Positions 9,358 to 17,458 of a stretch of 64,000 nucleotides of DNA are shown in pieces (position 1 is the stretch's first letter; every line of letters begins with the position of its first letter). Origin of the DNA: Chloroflexota bacterium (GTDB lineage Bacteria > Chloroflexota > UBA6077 > FW602-bin22); the NCBI GenBank assembly GCA_035651675.1, contig DASRFH010000019.1, positions 18,288 through 82,287 of the forward strand. Direction: 5' to 3'. The translations under genes and the position numbers were made by a program. The notes under the pieces are model-generated. The model was not told the DNA's origin and did no database searches. It saw nothing but the letters and a program-made list of their open reading frames with translations.

Positions 9358-9759
9358 TCAGGCCAGCGCGGTGACGGTGATCTCGACCCGGGCCCCCGCC
9401 GGCAGCGCCGTGACGCCGACGGTCGTCCGTCCCGGCGGGTTGTGGACGAAGTACTCGGCGTATACCTTGTTCATCTCGGCGAACTCCGAGATGTCGGTCA
9501 TGTAGACGAACGACTGAACGGCGCGGTCGAAGCCGGTCCCGGCCTCGGCCAAGATGTTCTTGATGTTCTCGAGCGTCTGGCGCGTCTCGGCGGCGATGCC
9601 GCCTGGCACGATCTTGCCCGTCTTCGGGTCGATGCCCTTTTCACCCGCGACGAACACGAAGCCGTTAGCGCGGATCGCCTGCGAGTACGGTCCGATCGGC
9701 GCCGCTGCCTTGTCGGTCTGGATGACCTCGGTCGCGGAGCGGGTGCTGGTCTCGGCCAT
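9358..9759 (-). CDS. RidA/YjgF/UK114 family protein
   Basis: I trimmed the 301-aa track ORF to ATG 9759, which is preceded by AGGAGGAGCC. The 133-aa product contains PIGPYSQAIRANGFVFVAGEKGIDP...RTTVGVTALPAGARVEI, the classic RidA pattern. Confidence 0.85.
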   Translation of the reverse strand: MAETSTRSATEVIQTDKAAAPIGPYSQAIRANGFVFVAGEKGIDPKTGKIVPGGIAAETRQTLENIKNILAEAGTGFDRAVQSFVYMTDISEFAEMNKVYAEYFVHNPPGRTTVGVTALPAGARVEITVTALA

Positions 9760-9916
9760 TGGCTCCTCCTGAGCGGCTCTGGTGGGCCGGATGCTACCAC
9801 CGGCGACAGATCCATCGGGCCGCGAACCCACGTATAGAATGGCGTCAGGCCGGTAACCGGGTGAGCGCCCGCTTGCCGATGCGAGCCGAATTTTCGCGAA
9901 GAGGAGAGGACCTATC

Positions 9917-10453
9917 GTGCGCAAGCTCTCGTTGCTCATCGCGGCAGGTGCCCTGGCCGTCAGCACCACAGTTGCCTCGGCAGCCAACCTCAACCTCACG
10001 TTCGGCCCCGGCCGTGACGGGACCCAGGCGGGAACGGTGACGATCACCGACAACGGCGCGGCGGGCTTCGTGGTCGACCTCAACATGACGCAGCCGAGCC
10101 CGGCCGGCGCGGGCGTCTCGCAGCCGGCCCACATCCACGTCGGCACCTGCCCGGGCGTCGGCGCGGTCGACGTCCCGCTCACCACCGTCGCGAACGGCAA
10201 GTCGACGACGACCGTCACGAACAAGACGCTCGCCGACATCCTGTCGACGCCGCATTCGATCAACGTCCACTTCTCGACCTCCGATGCCGGGCACTACAGC
10301 GCCTGCGTGAACCTACCGGTTCAGGCGGCCGCCAACGTCGCGGCCGGCGGTGCAACCCAGCTCCCGCGCACGGGCGGCTTCGACCTCGGGCTCGTCGGCG
10401 CCCTCGGCGCGAGCTTCGCTGGACTCGGCGCGCTCATCCGCCGGCGCGGCTAA
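9917..10453 (+). CDS. Secreted CHRD-domain protein with a C-terminal LPXTG-type sorting signal
   Basis: GTG start after GAGGAGAGG. Signal peptide MRKLSLLIAAGALAVSTTVASA. CHRD-like AHIHVGTCPG...SINVHFS. The C-terminus is LPRTGG plus a hydrophobic stretch and RRRG. Confidence 0.65.
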   Translation: MRKLSLLIAAGALAVSTTVASAANLNLTFGPGRDGTQAGTVTITDNGAAGFVVDLNMTQPSPAGAGVSQPAHIHVGTCPGVGAVDVPLTTVANGKSTTTVTNKTLADILSTPHSINVHFSTSDAGHYSACVNLPVQAAANVAAGGATQLPRTGGFDLGLVGALGASFAGLGALIRRRG

Positions 10454-10473
10454 GCCGCTCAGTCTCTCGTTTC

Positions 10474-10506
10474 GGGCGGACCCGCGACCCGGGTCCGCCC
10501 TTTTTG
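10474..10506 (+). terminator. Rho-independent terminator after the CHRD gene
   Basis: 11-bp perfect GC-rich stem GGGCGGACCCG/CGGGTCCGCCC (10474-10500) with loop CGACC, followed by TTTTTG. Confidence 0.7.
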
Positions 10507-10507
10507 C

Positions 10508-13261
10508 GTGGCTAGAATCCCCACGCAGATGCCGCGGACGACTTCGACCGACGGCCCGCCCGTCTGGCAGCAGTACCAGCGCTTCAAGCGGCAGCACCCC
10601 GGCGCTCTGCTGCTGTTCCGGATGGGCGACTTCTACGAGACGTTCGACGCCGACGCGGAGATCGTCGCGCGCGAGCTCGACGTCGTCCTGACCGCTCGCG
10701 AGATGGGCAAAGGTCAGCGCCACCCGCTGGCCGGCATCCCCTACCACGCGCTCGACGGCCACCTCGCCCGCCTCGTCAACCGCGGCTACCGGGTCGCCAT
10801 CTGCGAGCAGATCGGCGATCCGGCCACGTCGCGTGGCCTGGTCGACCGCCAGGTCGTCCGCGTCGTGACGCCGGGAACGCTCGCCGAGCCGCACCTGCTC
10901 GAGGCGAAGGCGAACAACTTCGTCGCCGCGGTCTACCTCGAACCGACCGGCGCCGGGCTTGCACACCTCGACGTCAGCACCGGCGAGTTCGTCTGCTGCC
11001 AGATCGACGCCATGCGCGCGGGCCGACGCGCCCCCGAACCAGCGTCCGAGCTCGCGCGGCGTGCTGCCGAGGAGCTTGGGCGGATCGGCCCCGCCGAGGT
11101 GCTGGTGCCGACGGACGACCCTCGCGGTGGCGTGCCCGACGGGCTCCCACCTGAGCTGCGTCGGGGCTTCCACCTGACGCCCTACGAGCGGTGGCGCTTC
11201 GGCGAGGACGTCGCGCGGGAGCGCTTGCGGGGGCACTACGGCGTCGCGACGTTGGACGGCTTCGGCTGCGGAGATCGGCCGCTCGCCGTTCGCGCCGCCG
11301 GTGCGCTGCTCCAGTACGTCGCCGACACGACGCCCGGCGCGCTGCAGACGCTCCGTCCGCTGCGAACCGCCGAGGCGAGCCGCTATATGGTGCTCGACCC
11401 CGCTACGCGCCGGAACCTCGAGCTGACCGCCGGAGGCCGTGGCCGATCGGAGGGATCGCTCCTGGGAGTGCTCGACCGGACGCGCACGGCGATGGGCGGC
11501 CGGCTGCTGCGCCACTGGCTCGCCTTCCCCCTTCTGGAGCGAGCCGCGCTCGAAGAGCGGCTCGACGCGGTCGCGTCGCTCCACGGCGCGCCGAGCGTCC
11601 GCGCCCGGCTAGCAGGCCCCCTGGCGAAAGTTGGAGACCTCGAGCGGCTGGCCGCGCGGGTGGCGCAGGGCCAGGCCACCCCGCGCGAGCTCCTGGCAGT
11701 GTCGACCGGCCTGCGGGAGCTCCCGGCGCTCGCGGAGGCGTTGGGCGAGCTAGGCGCCGGCGGCGCCTGCCTCGCGCCCGTGGCCTCCGCGCACGTCGGC
11801 GCCGCCCTCGCCGAGCTCGCCGAGCTCGTCGCCCGCGCGATCGTGCCGGACCCGCCGCCGAGCCTCGCGGCTGGCGGGGTGATCGCTCGGGGCTACGCGC
11901 CAGAGCTCGACGAGCTGATCGCCTCGACCGCCGAGGCGCGCGAGTGGATGGCGACGCTCGAGGCGCGCGAGCGCGAGCGGACCGGCCTGCGCGGGCTGAG
12001 GGTCGGCTACAACCGCGTCTTCGGCTACTACCTCGAGGTTTCGTCGGCGGCGCTGCGGCTACCGCCCACCCCGGAGATCGCCGCCCGACTCGACGGTGGC
12101 CCGCCCGTCGCGACCGTCCAGGAGTTCCTCGAACGCCAGGCTGGCTACCTCCGCAAGCAGACGCTCGTCGGCGCTGAGCGGTACATCACCCCCGAGCTTA
12201 AGGAGAAGGAGCAACTCATCGCCGAGGCGCACGAGCGGATCGTCGCGCTGGAGCGGCGGCTGTTCGAGCGGCTCTGCCAGCAGGTCGCCGCGCACCATGC
12301 GGAGTTGGCGGAGACCGCCGGTCGGATCGCCTACCTCGACGTTTGCCTCAGCCTGGCCGAGGTCGCCGCCGCCAACCGCTACGTCCGTCCCCGGCTTGAC
12401 GAGGGGGACGCGATCGAGATCATCGGCGGCCGCCACCCCGTCGTCGAGCGGAGCGCGCTCGAGAACGGCTTCGTGCCGAACGACACGCGCCTATCGACCG
12501 GCGAGGAGCAGATCCTCGTCGTTACCGGCCCCAACATGGCCGGTAAGTCGACCTACCTGCGCCAGGTCGGCCTCATCGTGCTGATGGCACAGATCGGGTC
12601 GTTCGTTCCGGCCGACGAAGCGATGATCGGTCTCGTCGACCGGATCTTCACGCGGGTCGGCGCCCAGGACGACATCGCGACCGGCCAGTCGACGTTCATG
12701 GTCGAGATGGCCGAGACCGCGAACATCCTCCACCACGCGACGCGGCGATCCCTGGTCATCTTCGACGAGATCGGCCGTGGAACGTCGACCTACGACGGAA
12801 TGGCGATCGCCCGCGCGATCGTCGAGCACCTCCACGACGACCCGCGACTGGGTTGTAAGACCCTCTTCGCTACCCATTACCACGAGCTAACGGAGTTGGC
12901 TCGCGCACTGCCGCGCGTTCGGAACCTGCGCGTCGACGTGCTGGAGGACGGGGATAGCGTGGTCTTCCTCCACCGCGTGGTCCCCGGCGGCGCCGACCGC
13001 TCGTACGGCATCCACGTCGCTCGGCTCGCCGGAATACCGGGCGCCGTGCTCCAGCGTGCCAGGGCCCTCCTGCGGGAGCTCGAGAGCAAGCCGCGCCGAC
13101 AGCGGCTTGGCCAATCTGACAGTCCGGCCCGCGGCCTGTTCGACGGGCCCCGCGATCCATTGGTCGACGAGCTGGCCCAGCTCGATCCGGATGGTTTGAC
13201 GCCTCTACAGGCGCTCAATAAGCTATACGAGCTACGCGACCGCGCCCGCCTAACACCCTAG
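10508..13261 (+). CDS. mutS: DNA mismatch repair protein MutS
   Basis: 917 aa. Contains MGDFYETF, the N-terminal mismatch-binding domain, Walker A GPNMAGKST, STFMVEM, DEIGRGTSTYDG and THYHEL. An alternative start is ATG 10529, just downstream of a TAGAAT -10-like hexamer. Confidence 0.95.
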   Translation: MARIPTQMPRTTSTDGPPVWQQYQRFKRQHPGALLLFRMGDFYETFDADAEIVARELDVVLTAREMGKGQRHPLAGIPYHALDGHLARLVNRGYRVAICEQIGDPATSRGLVDRQVVRVVTPGTLAEPHLLEAKANNFVAAVYLEPTGAGLAHLDVSTGEFVCCQIDAMRAGRRAPEPASELARRAAEELGRIGPAEVLVPTDDPRGGVPDGLPPELRRGFHLTPYERWRFGEDVARERLRGHYGVATLDGFGCGDRPLAVRAAGALLQYVADTTPGALQTLRPLRTAEASRYMVLDPATRRNLELTAGGRGRSEGSLLGVLDRTRTAMGGRLLRHWLAFPLLERAALEERLDAVASLHGAPSVRARLAGPLAKVGDLERLAARVAQGQATPRELLAVSTGLRELPALAEALGELGAGGACLAPVASAHVGAALAELAELVARAIVPDPPPSLAAGGVIARGYAPELDELIASTAEAREWMATLEARERERTGLRGLRVGYNRVFGYYLEVSSAALRLPPTPEIAARLDGGPPVATVQEFLERQAGYLRKQTLVGAERYITPELKEKEQLIAEAHERIVALERRLFERLCQQVAAHHAELAETAGRIAYLDVCLSLAEVAAANRYVRPRLDEGDAIEIIGGRHPVVERSALENGFVPNDTRLSTGEEQILVVTGPNMAGKSTYLRQVGLIVLMAQIGSFVPADEAMIGLVDRIFTRVGAQDDIATGQSTFMVEMAETANILHHATRRSLVIFDEIGRGTSTYDGMAIARAIVEHLHDDPRLGCKTLFATHYHELTELARALPRVRNLRVDVLEDGDSVVFLHRVVPGGADRSYGIHVARLAGIPGAVLQRARALLRELESKPRRQRLGQSDSPARGLFDGPRDPLVDELAQLDPDGLTPLQALNKLYELRDRARLTP

Positions 13262-13297
13262 GCAACAAGCGCCTCCTTTCGGTACATTTCCACCGAT

Positions 13298-13816
13298 ATG
13301 GAAGTCACCGTCTACTCTACCCCCACTTGACCGTGGTGCCACCGGGCGAAAGAGTTTCTTTCGCAGAGGGGTGTCCCGTTCCGGGACGTGGACGTGTCGC
13401 AGGACCACGCCGCCGCCGTCGAGATGGTTCGCCGCTCCGGCCAGCAGGGCGTGCCGGTCATCACGGTCGACGACCAGGTCGTCGTCGGCTTCGATCGGCC
13501 GCGGCTCGAGCGGCTGATCGAGGGCGCCAGAGCACGCCGGCCGGTTTTCGGGGCGGCGGTCGCCGACGCCGCGAGCTACCTCGCTAAGCGCGGGGCCGTT
13601 CCGATCTTCGGCGCGTTCGTCGGCAAGGTGTCGCCCGGCTCGCCGGCCGATCGGATCGGGCTCCAACCCGGCGACGTGATCACGCAGATCGGCCTTCGCC
13701 CGATCACGAACGCCGAGGGTGTGGAGAAGGCGATCGAGGCGATCCAGCCTGGCGCCCGCATCCCGGTGACCTGGACGCGCGGCGGTCAGCAAATCACCCG
13801 CGAGGCGGCCTTCTAG
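13298..13816 (+). CDS. Glutaredoxin-like (NrdH/YruB-type) + PDZ fusion protein with in-frame TGA at the first redox-Cys position (candidate selenoprotein, alternatively a pseudogene)
   Basis: The track ORF starts at GTG 13388, mid-domain. Extending in the same frame from ATG 13298 gives MEVTVYSTPT-[TGA 13328-13330]-PWCHRAKEFLSQRGVPFRDVDVSQDH...GVPVITVDDQVVVGFD. This is a complete Grx fold with TGA in place of the first Cys of C-P-W-C. The C-terminal half is PDZ-like (GAFVGKVSPGSPADRIGLQPGDVITQI). Confidence 0.6.
13346..13364 (+). promoter_or_regulatory. Candidate bacterial SECIS hairpin downstream of the in-frame UGA
   Basis: 8-bp perfect stem GCGAAAGA/UCUUUCGC with loop GUU (or 7 bp with loop AGUUU). 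The apical loop begins 23 nt after the UGA and contains G and U. Confidence 0.4.
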
Positions 13817-13834
13817 GACGCGGCCGGCGGTTAT

Positions 13835-13858
13835 CCTCCCGGCGACAACGCCGGGAGG
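13835..13858 (+). promoter_or_regulatory. Hairpin pairing an anti-SD (CCUCCC) with the SD (GGGAGG) of the downstream dehydrogenase gene
   Basis: Perfect 10-bp stem CCTCCCGGCG/CGCCGGGAGG with loop ACAA. The 3' arm is the only SD-like element upstream of GTG 13865. No U-tract follows, so it is not a canonical terminator. Confidence 0.35.
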
Positions 13859-13864
13859 GCCGCC

Positions 13865-14833
13865 GTGCCGACAGCGCTCGTTCCCCAGTTCGTCCACGAG
13901 CCCGGCCCCAGCCTGCTCCGCGAGGCACTCGACGTCGAGTACTGGGAAGCCGACCGGCCGCCGCCGCGCGCCGAGCTCATCGCCGCGATCGCCGACGCCG
14001 ACGCGCTCATGTGCCAGTCGAACTGCCGCGTCGACGCGGCGGTCATCGGGGCGGCGCCGAAGCTAAAGGTCATCTCGAACGTCGCGGTCGGGTACGACAA
14101 CGTGGACGTGTCGGCCGCGACCGACCGCGGCATCGCCGTCTGCAACACGCCGGTCGCGGCGCTCCACGAGGCGACCGCCGACCTGACGTTCGCGCTCATC
14201 CTCGCGTCCGCCCGTCGGCTCGGCGAGGCTGAGCGCTACCTCCGGGCGGGCCGGTGGACGCACTGGTCGCCCCAACTGCTCGTCTCGGCCGACGTCCACG
14301 GCCGCACGCTCGGCATCGTCGGCCTCGGCCGCATCGGCCAGGCCGTCGCCCGGCGCGCCGGCGGCTTCGGCATGCGCGTCCTGTACACAAGCCGGCGGCG
14401 AAACGAGGCCGCGGAAGACGCACTGGGCGTGCGTTATGTACCGCTTGATGCCCTATTAGAGGAAGCCGATTTCGTCAGCCTGCACGTTCCGGCAACCTCC
14501 GCGACGCGAGGCCTGATCGGCGGTCGTGAGCTGCGGCTGATGAAGCCGACGGCGTTCCTGATCAACGCGGCGCGCGGGGCGGTCGTGGACCAGCGCGCCC
14601 TCTACGAGGCGCTACGGGACGGATGGATCGCCGGCGCCGGGCTGGACGTGTTCGATGGCGAGCCCATCGCTATGGACGACCCGCTGCTGACGCTCGACAA
14701 CGTGGTGCTCGTTCCGCACGTCGGCGGGGCCACCCTGCCGGCCCGGCAGGCGATGGCCGAGGCGGCCGCGAGGAACCTGCTGGCGGTGCTTCGCGGCGAA
14801 CGGCCCTTCTCATGCGTCAACCTGGCAAGCTGA
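13865..14833 (+). CDS. D-isomer-specific 2-hydroxyacid dehydrogenase (glyoxylate/hydroxypyruvate reductase-like)
   Basis: 322 aa. NAD-binding GIVGLGRIGQAVARRA, then NAARG..VD and VLVPHVGGAT with the catalytic His region. Confidence 0.85.
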   Translation: MPTALVPQFVHEPGPSLLREALDVEYWEADRPPPRAELIAAIADADALMCQSNCRVDAAVIGAAPKLKVISNVAVGYDNVDVSAATDRGIAVCNTPVAALHEATADLTFALILASARRLGEAERYLRAGRWTHWSPQLLVSADVHGRTLGIVGLGRIGQAVARRAGGFGMRVLYTSRRRNEAAEDALGVRYVPLDALLEEADFVSLHVPATSATRGLIGGRELRLMKPTAFLINAARGAVVDQRALYEALRDGWIAGAGLDVFDGEPIAMDDPLLTLDNVVLVPHVGGATLPARQAMAEAAARNLLAVLRGERPFSCVNLAS

Positions 14834-14854
14834 TATCTGTAAGGAGAGACGGTT

Positions 14855-15604
14855 GTGAACTTGAACGGTAAAGTGGCGCTCGTCACCGGCGGCGGGACAG
14901 GCCTCGGCAAAGAGATCTCGCTGCAGCTCGCACGCAAGGGGTGCCACGTCGCGGTCAACTACTCGCGGTCGGCCGCTGAGGCCGAGGAGACTGTCGGGGA
15001 GCTGAAGGCGCTCGGCGTCAAGTCGCTCGCCGTGCAAGCCGACGTCTCGAAGAAGGCCGAGGTCGACGCGATGGTCGAGCGGGTGGTCAAGGAGCTCGGC
15101 AGCCTTCAAGTGCTCATCAACAACGCCGGGACGACCGTGTTCGTGCCGTTCCAGGACCTCGACGGGATCAGCGAGGAGGACTGGGACCGCGTCATGGCTG
15201 TCAACACGAAGGGCTGCTGGCTGTGCACCAAGGCCGCCGCGCCGCACATGAAGCGCGCCGGCGAGGGCCGCGTGGTGATGACGACCTCGATCTCGGGCCT
15301 CCGGGCCGGCGGCAGCTCGATGGTCTACGCTGTCTCAAAAGCCGGCATCCAGATGCTGTCGCGCTGCCTGGCGCTGGCGCTCGCACCGGAGATCACCGTG
15401 AACACGGTCGCGCCGGGCATCATGGATACCCGCTGGGGCCTGCGCTGGGGGCAGGAGGCGCTCGACCGGATGGCCCAGGAGGCCCCGCTGAAGCGGTACC
15501 CCAGCCTGCACGACATCGCGGCCGGCGCGATCTTCCTCTGCGAGAACGACTCGATGACCGGCCAGACGCTCGTCATCGACGCCGGGCGGCACATGCCGCT
15601 TTAG
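14855..15604 (+). CDS. SDR family oxidoreductase (FabG-like)
   Basis: AAGGAGA RBS. TGGGTGLG cofactor motif, NNAG, and the S...YAVSK catalytic tetrad region. Confidence 0.85.
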   Translation: MNLNGKVALVTGGGTGLGKEISLQLARKGCHVAVNYSRSAAEAEETVGELKALGVKSLAVQADVSKKAEVDAMVERVVKELGSLQVLINNAGTTVFVPFQDLDGISEEDWDRVMAVNTKGCWLCTKAAAPHMKRAGEGRVVMTTSISGLRAGGSSMVYAVSKAGIQMLSRCLALALAPEITVNTVAPGIMDTRWGLRWGQEALDRMAQEAPLKRYPSLHDIAAGAIFLCENDSMTGQTLVIDAGRHMPL

Positions 15605-15924
15605 ATCAACCACGGCCCCAGGAACAGCAGGAGCGTCGCCAGACCCAGCAGCAGCATCTTCCAGGCGGTCCAGGCGTCGATCGACAGCGCGTACATCGCG
15701 AGGGCGCAGCCGATCGCAAGGCACGCCCAGCCGACCTGCGTCGAGTACTCGAATAGCTCGAGCGCGCGGAGCCATCCGACCGTGCGCCGCGGTGGCGGCG
15801 CTTTGCCCCGCAGCCGCGCGCTCGTCTCGTTCGTCCAGCGGATCCACCGCACGACCCGCCGCGGCCCGATCGCGATGAAGAGCACGTACACGATGACGAG
15901 GAGCTGCCAGAAGCCGATCGCCAT
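15601..15924 (-). CDS. Small membrane protein (3 predicted TM segments)
   Basis: I trimmed the track ORF to ATG 15924. The 107-aa product MAIGFWQLLVIVYVLFIAIGPRR... has three hydrophobic stretches and lies 5 nt downstream of the acyltransferase stop. No family recognised. Confidence 0.5.
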   Translation of the reverse strand: MAIGFWQLLVIVYVLFIAIGPRRVVRWIRWTNETSARLRGKAPPPRRTVGWLRALELFEYSTQVGWACLAIGCALAMYALSIDAWTAWKMLLLGLATLLLFLGPWLI

Positions 15925-15929
15925 CGCGG

Positions 15930-16730
15930 CTAGAGGGCCCGGACCGCGGCCTCGATCCGGCGCGTCACCACGACCGGGTCTTCGTCCCGCGCGAAGCACA
16001 TCGGGTCGCCGAAACGCACCTCGACGGCGCCGCGCCGGGGCCCCGCGCCCTCCCAGAAGCCCCGCCGGACGACGTCGACCCGCACGGGCACCACGGGGAC
16101 CCCCGTCTCGGTGGCGAGCAGCCCGATGCCCGCCTTGAACGGCTGCATAGGCCCGCAGACGGTCAGCCGTCCCTCCGGGAAGAGCAGCACCGACCACTCC
16201 CGGTCGAGCAGCGACTGGAGGTGGTCGATCCGCGCCGGGCCGCGGTCGCGCTGGGTAAACGGGAAGGCGTTGCCCAGGAGCTGGGCCAGGGTTCCCTTGA
16301 TCGGCAGGCCGAAGTGGCGCGGCCCGAAGATGTCCTTCGTCGCCGCCGCGATGGCCAGCCGGCGCCCCCACCGACCGGGGAGTGCGACGATGATGAAGGC
16401 GTTATCGAGGTGCGCGCAGTGGTTCGCCGCGAAGATCACCGGCCGGCGTGCCGGCAGGCGCTCGGCGCCGATCGACCGCACGCTGTAGACCAGGTGCACG
16501 AACGGCGCGATGAGCGTCGCCCACAGGAGGCGGCGGGCGAAGCGCGCTGGGCGCCCGATCGGCCAGCCGTGCGCAGGCTCGCGCGCGCCGCGAGGTCGGA
16601 AGCTCGGACGGTGCCGCGCCGCGGACGGCTGGGCGGGGGCGCCATCGGGCGTTCCCACCGACCCGCCGGCATGCGCTCCTGGCGGCCGCTCCTCAGACGG
16701 CCGACCCAGGGTGCGGAGCTGATGGCTCAC
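15930..16730 (-). CDS. Lysophospholipid/1-acyl-sn-glycerol-3-phosphate acyltransferase family protein (PlsC-like)
   Basis: H-x4-D motif NHCAHLD and FPEGRLT block. I trimmed the 407-aa track ORF to in-frame GTG 16730, which forms a GTGA overlap with the stop of the upstream MBL gene. The exact start is uncertain. Confidence 0.7.
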   Translation of the reverse strand: MSHQLRTLGRPSEERPPGAHAGGSVGTPDGAPAQPSAARHRPSFRPRGAREPAHGWPIGRPARFARRLLWATLIAPFVHLVYSVRSIGAERLPARRPVIFAANHCAHLDNAFIIVALPGRWGRRLAIAAATKDIFGPRHFGLPIKGTLAQLLGNAFPFTQRDRGPARIDHLQSLLDREWSVLLFPEGRLTVCGPMQPFKAGIGLLATETGVPVVPVRVDVVRRGFWEGAGPRRGAVEVRFGDPMCFARDEDPVVVTRRIEAAVRAL

Positions 16731-17458
16731 CCGATCTCCCCGTGGCAACTCTCGGCAAGGGCGGCGAGCTCGCGGCGCACCGCCCCCCGCCGGCAGCGGA
16801 AGTGGCTGAAGATCAGCACGTCGACGTCGAGCTGGCTCAGCCGTCCGATCGACCGGCACGCGCGGGGCATGTCCTCCGTGAAGAGGCGCGTCGGCGGTGT
16901 CAGGCGGCCGTGCTTGACCTGAAGAGCATCGCCGACGACCAGGGCGCGGCGGCTGGGGATGTACAGCGCGATCGAGCCGCGCGTATGACCCGGTACGTGG
17001 ACGACCTGCACGCCTCCGAGCATCGGCAGCCAGTCGCCGTCGCGCAGCTCGCGATCGACCGGCACCGGGCGCACGCGCACGACCGGTCGGAGGACGGAGT
17101 CCAAGAACGGGTTGGGGACAAGCTGCGGCGCCTGGACGCGCCCGGTCACCCACGCCGCGTCATCCGCGTGCGCCCAGACGACGGCACCCGTGGCCGCGCG
17201 CAGCTCCGCCAGCGACCCCACGTGGTCGAGGTGGCCGTGGGTCAACACGATATGGTCCACCTCGTCCGGCCGGCGGCCCAGGCCGACGATGTAGCCGAGC
17301 ACCCGTCCGGCGGAGCCCGGCGCCCCAGCGTCCACAAGGGTGAGCCGCTCCTCCTCGAACAGCAGCACCTTCGCGCCCACCGCGTCGATCGCGTGGACAC
17401 CGCGAACCACTTCCAGCGCCCGACTCCTGGCCAGGATGGTATCAAGGCGCGCGGTCAA
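16727..17458 (-). CDS. MBL-fold metallo-hydrolase
   Basis: 243 aa with LTHGHLDHVG (H-x-H-x-D-H) and a downstream HVPGHTRGS. Confidence 0.8.
   Translation of the reverse strand: MTARLDTILARSRALEVVRGVHAIDAVGAKVLLFEEERLTLVDAGAPGSAGRVLGYIVGLGRRPDEVDHIVLTHGHLDHVGSLAELRAATGAVVWAHADDAAWVTGRVQAPQLVPNPFLDSVLRPVVRVRPVPVDRELRDGDWLPMLGGVQVVHVPGHTRGSIALYIPSRRALVVGDALQVKHGRLTPPTRLFTEDMPRACRSIGRLSQLDVDVLIFSHFRCRRGAVRRELAALAESCHGEIG

Noticed and set aside
9358-10263. Long 301-aa version of the RidA ORF, and similar N-terminal over-extensions of track ORFs (15930-17153 acyltransferase, 15601-16371 membrane protein, 26979 gltB start, 51093 guaA start, 24653-27034 fusion protein)
   Set aside because: The extensions are low-complexity, overlap neighbouring genes or promoters, and precede internal starts with good SD sequences or coupling overlaps. 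I used the trimmed coordinates.
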